From positions 1-34,828 of the forward strand of contig CAZLFU010000003.1 of the NCBI GenBank assembly GCA_964558895.1: DNA of 34,828 nt, in the 5' to 3' direction. The position numbers were made by a program, and so were the translations under genes. The stretch comes from an uncultured Candidatus Peribacteria bacterium. GTDB taxonomy: Bacteria; Patescibacteriota; Gracilibacteria; Peribacterales; Peribacteraceae. The notes beneath the pieces are model-generated. The model saw nothing but the letters and a program-made list of their open reading frames with translations, made no database searches and had not been told where the DNA came from. Shown piece by piece: positions 1 to 9,500 of this stretch; within the stretch, counting starts at the first letter, position 1; each line of letters opens with the position of its first letter.

Positions 1-336
1 ACACAAGTTCTACACACTCGCTGTGGAAGGTTTTTTTCTCACTTCGAAAAACCTACCCATAGTTTTACACATATATTTTCTCCCGCCCCAGCTGTAGAGC
101 AAAGAGTGATGAGGAGGGGGAAAGTGCTTCTCTTTGTATGTTTTCCACAACTTTTCCACATTCTATTTGCACACTATTTGTGTTCAAATTCTTGATTTTA
201 GGCTTAATTCTAAGAGTTTAAGAGACTTTTCCACATCTCATACAGAGAGTAATGCCCTAAAAGAAATAGAAAGAAAAGAGTGCACTATTATGACTAATTT
301 TGTATGATACTTCTCTATAAATTATTTATATAGATT
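1..336. promoter_or_regulatory. Putative oriC segment: DnaA-box cluster upstream of dnaN
   Basis: Same-orientation matches to TTWTNCACA: ttttacaca 63-71 and ttttccaca at 141-149, 152-160 and 227-235. One-mismatch copies: ttctacaca 8-16 and atttgcaca 165-173. An AT-rich stretch at 280-336 precedes the dnaN ATG. No credible ORF. Confidence 0.6.
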
Positions 337-1488
337 ATGAAATTTTTGTGTAAAACCCAAGATCTTCTCCAGGCACTTCACTTGGTAAGTCGCGCAATTG
401 GAGGACAACAAGCACTTCCAATTTTAGGAAATGTTCTTTTGGAAGTTGAAGGAAAAAGATGCACAGTAAGTGCGACAGATTTAGAATTGAGTATTGTAAC
501 AAGCTTTGAAGCTTCAATAGAAAATGAAGGTTCTATAACCATCCCCGCGAAAGCGATTGTAAACTTTGCACAGTATAACTCCGATGAAGAAGTTCTTTTG
601 GAAACAAGTGAAGGCACACAATTAAAATGTACTTCCACACATGCAAAAACACTAATTGCAGGAGAGCCTTCTTCCGAATACCCAACTATTTCTCCTATTG
701 AAAAAGAAACTACATTTACCCTTCAATCTGGACCACTTCTCTACGCACTTCAAAAAGTTACATTTGCTTCTGCAAAAACAACACTACGCCCTGTGCTTTC
801 TGGTGTGTATTTACGTGCAGAAAAAGGAAATCTTATTCTTGTTTCTACAGATAGTTATCGTCTTTCTGAATATAAGCTTTCTACAGAGGCGAGTGGACAA
901 GATATTTCTTGTATTATTCCTGCAAAGGTTTTGGAGGAACTTGGAGGTATTTTGAGTACTTCTAAAAAATCTGGAAAAAAGGAGGAAGAGGAAGAGAAAA
1001 AAGAAGACAATCACACATTGGAAATTGCACTAAGTAGCCAACAAATCGAAATTACTATTGGTCACACCAAGCTTACTTCTCGGCTTATTGATGGGAAATT
1101 CCCAGATTACAATCAAATTATTCCAAAAGAATCCACTACAACTGTCCGCTTACCAGTGAAGGAGTTTATTATGGTAGCAAAGCGTATGCATTATTTTGCA
1201 AAAGAGATCAATAACAACCTTACCATCACCATCGAACAAAACCAGGTAACTATTGCCACACCCCAAACACAGATGGGTAAAGATGAGGCAACTCTCGATG
1301 GGGATGTACAAGGAACAACAAATAAGATTGCATTAAGCTCCTCCTATCTTTTAGACTTCCTTAGTCATGTAGAAGGTGAAGAGGTGGAAATGCGTGTGAC
1401 AGATAGTATGCACCCTGCGGTTTTCTTCCTCCCAAGCCAAGAAAATTTCCTTCATCTTATTATGCCGCTGCGCATACAAGAAGGATAA
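337..1488 (+). CDS. dnaN: DNA polymerase III beta subunit (sliding clamp)
   Basis: 383-aa ORF with the typical clamp N-terminus (MKF..LL.AL..V.RAI...ALPIL.NVLLEV.G....V.ATDLELSI) and C-terminus (..P..F.......HLIMPLR). It sits next to the DnaA-box cluster. Confidence 0.93.
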   Translation: MKFLCKTQDLLQALHLVSRAIGGQQALPILGNVLLEVEGKRCTVSATDLELSIVTSFEASIENEGSITIPAKAIVNFAQYNSDEEVLLETSEGTQLKCTSTHAKTLIAGEPSSEYPTISPIEKETTFTLQSGPLLYALQKVTFASAKTTLRPVLSGVYLRAEKGNLILVSTDSYRLSEYKLSTEASGQDISCIIPAKVLEELGGILSTSKKSGKKEEEEEKKEDNHTLEIALSSQQIEITIGHTKLTSRLIDGKFPDYNQIIPKESTTTVRLPVKEFIMVAKRMHYFAKEINNNLTITIEQNQVTIATPQTQMGKDEATLDGDVQGTTNKIALSSSYLLDFLSHVEGEEVEMRVTDSMHPAVFFLPSQENFLHLIMPLRIQEG

Positions 1489-1576
1489 ATTTTCTTCTTA
1501 AAAAGGGAATCGACACATTTTCAACACTGTAGCGTTTTCAGAGGAACTTTTTCTATTTATGTTCTAGTCGTCATCT

Positions 1577-4500
1577 ATGTTGCCTTCTCTCCTACTTGGA
1601 AGAGAGACTCACAAAGACATTGCTCGCCTTCTTATGGCGAAGCGTCGTCTTGTGCTTTCTGGTGTTTCCAATGAAACGTCAAAAGCATTGATGATAAGCA
1701 CTATTCTTACCCACGAACCCAACTCGGCCATTCTTGTAACCGAGAAGGAAACACAGGTAGATGCACTGGGGCACTGGTTATCATTTTTCGAAAAAAATTC
1801 TACAACCATTCACGCCATAGAAAATGAAGAGGGTGTAATTATTCCAGAGTATCTCCAGCAATTTTTAGTGTTAATGCAGGGGGATCAAAAATGTATTTTT
1901 CTCACTACGCAAGATGTATGGCATACAGATTTTCCGTTATATGCAGAGCTTTTGGAAAAGAAAATTACACTAAGTATTCAAAAATCTATTCAATTTACCT
2001 CTTTTGTGGAATCACTCATCGAACGAGGGTATCAACATGGTCAAGATTTATATCTCCAACCAGGTGAATACAGGAGAACTGGGGATTTGATTGATATATT
2101 CCCTATTCAATCCACACATCCTTATCGAATTTCCATGAACGTAGATACTGTGGAATTTATTCAAAAAGTGGATGTGCATGATTTATCCAAAGTGGAAAAA
2201 GCTGGAGATACTCTCGATATCTTCCCTGTTATTTATTCCAAAACAGCAACACTTGTAGAGCAGCTGCCAAAAGATGTTCTTTTGATTTTAGATGATCAAG
2301 ATGAGATAGATGCACCTCTCAATCTTTCTACATTACGTTTTACAGCGTTTCCAGAATCCCAAGAGAATCATGTGCATTTGCGGTATCTTTCGGTTCTCAA
2401 GTTCTACACACTCACAGACTTTCTCAATGATGTGAAAGATAAACTAATGCAGGGGTGGGCACTCTTGGTGGTGACGAAGAGAAAAGATGAATTGGAAGAA
2501 ATATTCAAAGAAGAACATGTGCCGTTTATCAGTGATGGTACGAGCAGGCATGGGGCAGTCACAGTGGTATCTGCGGTAGATGACCTCCTCCCGCATTCTA
2601 TCCAAAATCCAGATCTTCAATGTGCACTTTTGACAGACCGAGAAATTTTTTCCCTCAAAAAAGCAGGGAAACAACGCAGTATACAAAAGCTTGCCCTAGA
2701 CTTTATTACCTCTCTTGTACCAGGTGATTACGTGGTGCATATGGAACATGGAATTGGGCACTTTGAGGGAATGACGCAGAAGGAAATCAGTGGAACTGCA
2801 AGAGAATATCTGGAGCTTACGTATGCAGAGGGAGACAAATTGTTCGTTCCGGTCGATCAGGCAGATAAGCTGAGTAAATATGTCTACGAAGAAGGAAACG
2901 AGCCAATTCTCACACGACTTGGGACTGGAGACTGGAAGAAACTGATGAGTAAAACAAGGAAAGAGACAGAAGAGATGGCGAAGGAGCTTCTTGAGCTCTA
3001 TGCAAAACGTGCAAAAGCAAAAGGGTTTGCATTTGAAGATGACACAGCAGCGTACAAAAAATTTGCAGAGGACTTTAAGTACCAAGAGACGCCGGGTCAA
3101 ACCAAGGCGATAGAAGATATTCGTCAGGATATGATAGATGATCATCCAATGGATCGTTTGATATGTGGAGATGTGGGATTTGGAAAAACAGAAGTGGCAA
3201 TGCGTGCAGCATTTCGCGCGGTGCAGAGTGGAAAGCAGGTTGCAGTCATCGCACCTATTACCATCCTGGCAGACCAGCACTATCATTCGTTTGTAGATCG
3301 CATGAAGAATTTTTCTGTACGCATGGAAATGCTCAGTCGGTTTCGCACACCAAAACAGCAGAAGGAAATTCTGCAGAAATTACGAAAGGGAGATATAGAT
3401 ATTATTATAGGCACACATCGCTTGTTGCAGGATGATGTTGAATTTTTGAATCTAGGACTTGTGATTATAGATGAAGAGCAGCGCTTTGGCGTAAAGCAGA
3501 AAGAGAAAATGAAGGAGATGAGAGCCTCCATCGATATCCTTACGCTCACGGCTACTCCCATTCCACGTACTTTGAATTTAGGTCTGCACAAATTGCGAGA
3601 CATTACGACCATCACAACCCCTCCTCCTGGTCGACTTCCAATTATTACAGAAGTACGGAAGTATTCCGATCATTTGGTTCGACAAGCCATTATGACGGAG
3701 CTGGAAAGAAAGGGGCAGATTTATTTCCTGCACAATCGCGTGGAGACCATAGATGCCTTTACTAATAAATTACGTAAAATGGTGCCCGAGGCGAAGTTTG
3801 TAGTCGGTCATGGACAGTTGAAGCCAGAAGACTTAGAAAAACGCATAGTGGGCTTTAAAAATGGCGAATTTGATGTGCTCGTAAGTTCGACCATCATCGA
3901 GAATGGAATCGACCTCCCACGGGCGAACACACTCATCGTCAATGAAGCGGAGCATTTTGGTCTCTCCCAGCTCTACCAGCTTCGTGGTCGTGTTGGCCGA
4001 TCGAAACTGCAGGCTTTTGCGTACTTCCTCTACCATAGCCAAAAACTCAAAGATGATGCCAAGAAGCGCCTTCGAGCAATTGTGGAAGCGTGCGAACTTG
4101 GGAGCGGGTTCCAGGTTGCTATGCGCGATTTGGAAATTCGTGGTGCAGGGGAAATCTTGGGAGGAAGCCAGTCTGGAACTATGCAGACAGTGGGAGTGAG
4201 TCATTATCTGCGCATGCTCAAGAATGCTGTAGAGGAATTGAAAGCAGGGAACAAAGGCACATTGGAAGAAGAAGAGAATGTGGAAATTCTCCTCCCTGTG
4301 GAAGCATTCTTACCTTCCTTCTTCATTCCAGATGAGCAGGAAAAAATCAGTGTGTACCAGAAGTTGGCCGGTAGTGAAGATGAGGGAATTTTGAAGGAAT
4401 TTGAACAAGATCTTTTGGAAGAGTACGGCAAGTTACCTGTGCAAGTGCAAGATCTCTTCTCTATCCTTCGACTCAAACTTGTCTGTCGCAAAGCTGGAGT

Positions 4501-4759
4501 GATTCGCATCAAAATGGAAGATGCTAGCAAAGACAAGCAGGAAATTATTCTTACTCTCAGTGCGCGCGTTACAGCCAAAGAAATTATGCAGCTTTTGCAG
4601 ATCAATTCTCAGTGGAGAATTACAGGATCTCAACTCCGTATAGTGTTTGATGAGATTGTTCGTAGATCTGGCACCAAGAATTCTGAGTGGATTCAAGAAT
4701 TGACGGAAGAAATTGCGGTGCTTCAGAAAAAGAAGGAGAAGAAGGCAAAAGAGGAGTAA
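1577..4759 (+). CDS. mfd: Transcription-repair coupling factor
   Basis: 1060-aa ORF. It has the CarD-like segment (GDYVVHMEHGIGHFEG), Walker A (GDVGFGKTEVAMRAAF), a DEEQRFG box and helicase C motifs (QLRGRVGRS). Confidence 0.92.
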   Translation: MLPSLLLGRETHKDIARLLMAKRRLVLSGVSNETSKALMISTILTHEPNSAILVTEKETQVDALGHWLSFFEKNSTTIHAIENEEGVIIPEYLQQFLVLMQGDQKCIFLTTQDVWHTDFPLYAELLEKKITLSIQKSIQFTSFVESLIERGYQHGQDLYLQPGEYRRTGDLIDIFPIQSTHPYRISMNVDTVEFIQKVDVHDLSKVEKAGDTLDIFPVIYSKTATLVEQLPKDVLLILDDQDEIDAPLNLSTLRFTAFPESQENHVHLRYLSVLKFYTLTDFLNDVKDKLMQGWALLVVTKRKDELEEIFKEEHVPFISDGTSRHGAVTVVSAVDDLLPHSIQNPDLQCALLTDREIFSLKKAGKQRSIQKLALDFITSLVPGDYVVHMEHGIGHFEGMTQKEISGTAREYLELTYAEGDKLFVPVDQADKLSKYVYEEGNEPILTRLGTGDWKKLMSKTRKETEEMAKELLELYAKRAKAKGFAFEDDTAAYKKFAEDFKYQETPGQTKAIEDIRQDMIDDHPMDRLICGDVGFGKTEVAMRAAFRAVQSGKQVAVIAPITILADQHYHSFVDRMKNFSVRMEMLSRFRTPKQQKEILQKLRKGDIDIIIGTHRLLQDDVEFLNLGLVIIDEEQRFGVKQKEKMKEMRASIDILTLTATPIPRTLNLGLHKLRDITTITTPPPGRLPIITEVRKYSDHLVRQAIMTELERKGQIYFLHNRVETIDAFTNKLRKMVPEAKFVVGHGQLKPEDLEKRIVGFKNGEFDVLVSSTIIENGIDLPRANTLIVNEAEHFGLSQLYQLRGRVGRSKLQAFAYFLYHSQKLKDDAKKRLRAIVEACELGSGFQVAMRDLEIRGAGEILGGSQSGTMQTVGVSHYLRMLKNAVEELKAGNKGTLEEEENVEILLPVEAFLPSFFIPDEQEKISVYQKLAGSEDEGILKEFEQDLLEEYGKLPVQVQDLFSILRLKLVCRKAGVIRIKMEDASKDKQEIILTLSARVTAKEIMQLLQINSQWRITGSQLRIVFDEIVRRSGTKNSEWIQELTEEIAVLQKKKEKKAKEE

Positions 4760-4806
4760 ATTTACCTCTTCGGCTCAAGAGGAATATTGCTGCTTTGGCG
4801 TATTTC

Positions 4807-4815
4807 TGCTATACT
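4807..4815 (+). promoter_or_regulatory. Extended -10-like motif TGCTATACT
   Basis: tgctatact lies 26 nt upstream of the ATG at 4842. The same 9-mer recurs at 6135-6143, and a one-mismatch copy lies upstream of dnaE. Confidence 0.4.
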
Positions 4816-4841
4816 ACTTTGATATTTCTCTTATTGTATCG

Positions 4842-6074
4842 ATGGTTTCAAATACACCAGAAACACCAGACGCCAATACAGAAAAAAAAGATTCTGGCTT
4901 GAGGCCTGTTTTTGATCCAGCTGAAAAAGCCGCAGATGCTCAAGCAGAATCCGAAAAAGCAATAAAGGCTGCCAAAGGAGAAGAAGTTGATGACGAGCCA
5001 GGAAGCAAGATTAATGGAACAGAAATTATTATTGCTGCCGGAGAGAGAATTTCCCCTGAGGTAAAGACACTCTACGATTTTGCGATAGGAAAAATGAGGC
5101 CAGAAGAAAAAGAAGACTTGGGAGATTTTTTCTATGGATGGCAGGAGAACATAAATGGTGTAAAAAAAGCCTTTACGCAAAGACTCCAAAATAAAATAGA
5201 CGGAAAGGAAGAGGCAAAAGAGGAAGAAAAAGAATCTCAAGCAACATCCGATGGTCCAGTGGCAGAAATTCAAACAAAAGCAGCTCAATCTATTGCCCTT
5301 ACTGTGAATCGATTTGCGAACGATGCTAATGGGAAAGATCCTTCCGAGGGCAAAAGTGATGCAAGTAGGTTATGGGAAGAAACGAGAGCCAAGGCTCAGG
5401 CGGACTTTGAGTTGAAGGCACCATTTAAACAATTGGATGCAGAGGAAAAATTCTTTGATCTGCTTTCTGTTAAATTTATGATGGAAATTGAGGGAATGAA
5501 ATCTCTTGCTATGGCAGAACCAGATGAATTTGCAGATCTCCAAAGCGAGCTTGATAGAAAAGGAATCAGTCTACAAGACGAGATTGATGCGCTTTCTTCT
5601 GAGAATCTTTTGAGGGAGGCAGAAGATCTGGAGACAAGACATACACTTCCAATTATTATCCAATTTACCAATGCAGAAGATGGGTCAGTCATGCACCAGC
5701 CAGGTGGTTTGGCAGCTCTTGCTAAGGATGGAAAACTCAAATGCTTGCTAGAAATGAAGAATGCAGAAGATGCACAAACGGTGTATCAGATTATTAAAAA
5801 TCACGATGGATTGCCTGCGTTTGAGGCACCAAAAGTAACCGAGAAAAAGAAGGATGATAAAAAAGACTCTCAAGAAGAGGACAAGACTAAGGAGCAAAAA
5901 GAAGACGAAAAGAAGAAAGGAGCCGAAGATACAAAGACGAAAGAAGCAGATGAGGAAATAGACGATACGATGATCAAGTTTACAACACCTTTTTCTGTGC
6001 AGCAGGCACGTAGACTTGTGAGAATCTTGTATTGCTCACCTATTGGAGTCTACCAGGATCCACGGAAGCAGTAG
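4842..6074 (+). CDS. Hypothetical acidic, Lys/Glu-rich protein (410 aa)
   Basis: Long ORF. I prefer the ATG at 4842 (MVSNTPETPD) because the track start at 4713 overlaps the mfd 3' end. No signal peptide or recognisable motif. KE-rich tracts. Confidence 0.6.
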   Translation: MVSNTPETPDANTEKKDSGLRPVFDPAEKAADAQAESEKAIKAAKGEEVDDEPGSKINGTEIIIAAGERISPEVKTLYDFAIGKMRPEEKEDLGDFFYGWQENINGVKKAFTQRLQNKIDGKEEAKEEEKESQATSDGPVAEIQTKAAQSIALTVNRFANDANGKDPSEGKSDASRLWEETRAKAQADFELKAPFKQLDAEEKFFDLLSVKFMMEIEGMKSLAMAEPDEFADLQSELDRKGISLQDEIDALSSENLLREAEDLETRHTLPIIIQFTNAEDGSVMHQPGGLAALAKDGKLKCLLEMKNAEDAQTVYQIIKNHDGLPAFEAPKVTEKKKDDKKDSQEEDKTKEQKEDEKKKGAEDTKTKEADEEIDDTMIKFTTPFSVQQARRLVRILYCSPIGVYQDPRKQ

Positions 6075-6134
6075 TTTTTTGAGGATGTGTACTATGCCCC
6101 TATAATAGGGCCTATTGTGGTTTTGTGTGAATTT

Positions 6135-6143
6135 TGCTATACT
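6135..6143 (+). promoter_or_regulatory. Extended -10-like motif TGCTATACT
   Basis: tgctatact lies 22 nt upstream of the ATG at 6166. Confidence 0.4.
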
Positions 6144-6165
6144 AGCTAGATTTATTCACACAAAA

Positions 6166-6543
6166 ATGACACAACAACTTACAGCAGTGGAAGAAGCTCT
6201 GGGGTTTCGTATCCCAACAGGCAAGGAGATCTACGATCACCTGATGGGTGATATAGAACCCGAACTTGTGACAGATACCATTCCAGCGTTGGATGAAAAA
6301 TACAAAGATGAAACAGAGGAGCAAAAAGAAAAAAGGAAGCAACGTTACAAAGCGGCATTCGATGCCTATCACAAAGCTTTTGATACGTGGATTGCGAACT
6401 TACGAACACAGGTAGATAAAGTTCGTAAGACGGCTTTGCGAGCTGCAGAAGAGAAGTCCTTCGAAAAGGAGGCAGAAATTTTGGCACAAATTGAATCTTC
6501 ATTTTCTACCTCTCACGAGGACCATTCCCCCTCTGTATCATGA
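6166..6543 (+). CDS. Hypothetical protein (125 aa)
   Basis: I prefer the ATG at 6166 (MTQQLTAVEE) because the track start at 6115 is a TTG. Its stop overlaps the next gene's start (ATGA at 6540-6543), which suggests translational coupling. Confidence 0.55.
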   Translation: MTQQLTAVEEALGFRIPTGKEIYDHLMGDIEPELVTDTIPALDEKYKDETEEQKEKRKQRYKAAFDAYHKAFDTWIANLRTQVDKVRKTALRAAEEKSFEKEAEILAQIESSFSTSHEDHSPSVS

Positions 6544-9500
6544 GATACACATATTCACACGCACAACGTTTTAAAGATGCAGAGCGTCGGTTGGTGTTTA
6601 TGAGCTTTGATGTGGGTGATGGTAGTACAAGTCGTAATTCAGATCCAATTCCAGATAATGAATCATTTAATGATGCAAATTCTGGAACAGAGATTCCAAA
6701 ATCGGAGGATATGTCAGTGGATAGCTGGGCAAAACATGAGCAGGAAGTAGCTGGCCAAAGAGCAAGAGAAGTAGCTGAGAGAGCGCGTAAATTGGCTGAA
6801 ATTCAGAAGGGTCCACCCCCTCCGTCAATGCCGGAATCCGCTCTACCAGAAAGCGTAGAGCCACTTACCGAAGAGCAGGTAGCCGATCTTCTTGAGAAGA
6901 AGTTTCGTGAGGCAGTAGACAGGCTCCACGCTGATCAGGATGGATATGAACAATTCACAATTGACTATGAGGTAGATGGTTTAAATGATTTTCTGAGCAC
7001 AATTCCAGACAGCACAAAAAACGGTGAGTATTTTGTAAATAGAATATATAATTTATTTGAAGAGTTTAATGATGGGACACAAATTGATTACGATGAGACA
7101 ACGCATAGGTTTAATGCAATGTATCCAGGGCCAAAACCAAGTAAGACTCCAGTAGCTACCCCTCCAGAAAGCGTAGAGCCACTTACTGAAGAGCAGCTTA
7201 TTAACAATATTATCGATAAATTTGGAGCATTATGTAACACAGTAAGTGGGGATGAAGTTCCGAGATTAAGTATTGATGCCGAGATTCAATTGTCAGGAAT
7301 AAATGAATTGGTTAATGGCCTCTCAGAGAATGCAAAAGATACGCTCAAAAAATATCAATTAATTGCAGGTTTTAGCGATGACACAATAATTTTTTACGAT
7401 CGTGCTTCTAACCAGTTTAGTTATTCCATTCCACGGGAAGCGCCATCTTCTAGTAGTCCGCGGCCTCTAGACGATAGCTCCACACAAGCACCGGATGTTG
7501 CGCAGAGTGGACCTCAAGAAAGAATTGAGTTGGCGAATGAATATGCTACAAACCTTCAAAAGAGAATGAATCAAATGAAGAGTAAGATTGAAATATCTAT
7601 CCTCGCTAGTACTCCAATTGGAAGGATTGTGAGTGATGGGCAATTTACTGCGAGGAATGGAGAAATATTTTTTAGCTCTTCTCAGGTGCAAGATATCAAT
7701 GCTATAGCCTATTCTATTGGTTATAAAACTAGCGGTAACGATCTTGTGCGAGGAGGGGATAGAATTGCAATGACGAATGGCAGTAAATACGAGATGCCAT
7801 TATATCTAGCGCTCGATTCGAACAGAAACAATTTGGAAGATCTCTACCAGGCGTCCATGCAGAGAATGGCTCAGTGGGAAAACCAGCTTCGTTCTGTTGG
7901 TAGCGTTACAGCTATCGAAGGATTTGATAAGACACATAATGTAGGAGATCGAACAGGGGAATTTAAGGATTTACAAAAAGATGAAGAATTGCAGGGAATT
8001 GCGACCAAGATAAAGAGTGGTCTCGATTCAGATCTTCTCAAAAAGACAGCGTTTGGTAATGCTATTGATGGAATTACTTTCCTCAAAGATGAGGAAGGAC
8101 ACTTCTACATGGAGTCAGAGAAGACACCTGCTTTCCAACACTTCTGCCAAGACCTGTGGAAAGGCCTTCCAATTTACTCAAGAAATGGAGAAGGGAAAAA
8201 TGGTACGTATGTTGTGGAATTGCAAGAATCCGATAAGCAAGCATTTATTGAAAGATTAGAATGGGTGAGCGCAGCATTCGGAGGGGAAAAATCAAGAGCA
8301 GGCATCTTTGGTGCTTTAGATAAGGATGCAAAAATTCCTGCAAAAAAGGCAGAAACCCCTGATGTTTCTGACGATACGATACTCAATGTAAATGCCGCAC
8401 CGGAGACAAAAGAGATTAATGAGCTTGTCGAGAAGTTGCAGAATATTTTGATTGAAATGAGAGCGGAAGTTCCAAATCAAGAAAATCTATTAATGTCTCC
8501 AATTGGACGTATTCTAAATTATAGCTCGTTCCAGGCGGTTGGTGGGAAAGTATATTTTCGATCAACAGCAACAAAAGAAATCCAAAAAGTTGCTACAACT
8601 ATCGGTTACACAATGGACGACAAAAAAAACCTAACTCCAAAAAACAACAAAGGAGCTATCACCTTTGTAGAAAAAGAAGGCGAACAAGAGGCGTACTATG
8701 ACGTACCATTCCATCTTGCCATGGGGGGCAAGGAGGATGCAGAGGGTAGTGCAATGATAGAGAGTGCAAAAAAAGTATTAGGAAAATGGGGAAGACTGTA
8801 CTCTGAGCATGTAAATACAATAGAGAACTTTGAAGAGGATATTGCTGTAATTAAACCCGATTATGACAAAATGCAATATGATAATGAGTTAATGAGCGAG
8901 TTTGATGCTCAGGTATTACATGATATGAATGGCAGTATCTATAAAGATACTGTTATTGGAAGAGCATTAAATGGTATACAAATTCGTTCTGATACAGAAA
9001 ATATTTATTTAGGCTCAAGAAAAACAGCGGAGTTCCAGCATTTCTATAGAGATGTATTGCAAAAAATGAATTTATCTATCCCACAAAAAGAGGAATCTGA
9101 ACTATCGCAAATATCTATTTTGCAAACAGAATCTACGCGTGGGGACTATTATGTGAAAATTCCAAAAGCGAATAGAAATCTCTTACTTGAGCAATTTAAA
9201 TTATGGAGAGCAATTCTTGTGTCAGAGGATCCTGAATCCTCTGAAGGGAAATCATCTATAGATATGGGTGTTGTGCAGAATATAGCATCTAAGTTGAAGC
9301 AATTGATAACTCAAGAAAATGATGATGAAGAGAGTATTATAGACGGACTTGCACAAATGCCTGTATTGGAATTAGAGTACGCACTCAATGACGCATCAGA
9401 GGTGAAAACAATTACCCTTGAAATATGGAATAAAATAAAAAGTGAAGATGTGGGTGCTAGGAGAGAGGGCCTACAGGAGTTGCTTGCTATTGTCAAAAAA

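Noticed and set aside
1609-4696. Numerous 60-200-aa ORFs on the antisense strand or in alternative frames inside mfd (for example 2696-3286 minus and 4204-4605 minus)
   Set aside because: They are fully embedded in a well-supported 1060-aa gene, their translations are Cys/Phe/Leu-rich and nonsense-like, and they have no independent start signals.
6097-6109. Palindrome ccctat-a-ataggg after the 410-aa gene, considered as a terminator, and the embedded TATAAT, considered as a promoter
   Set aside because: The loop is too small for a stable RNA hairpin. The TGCTATACT box at 6135 is a better-placed promoter for the next gene.
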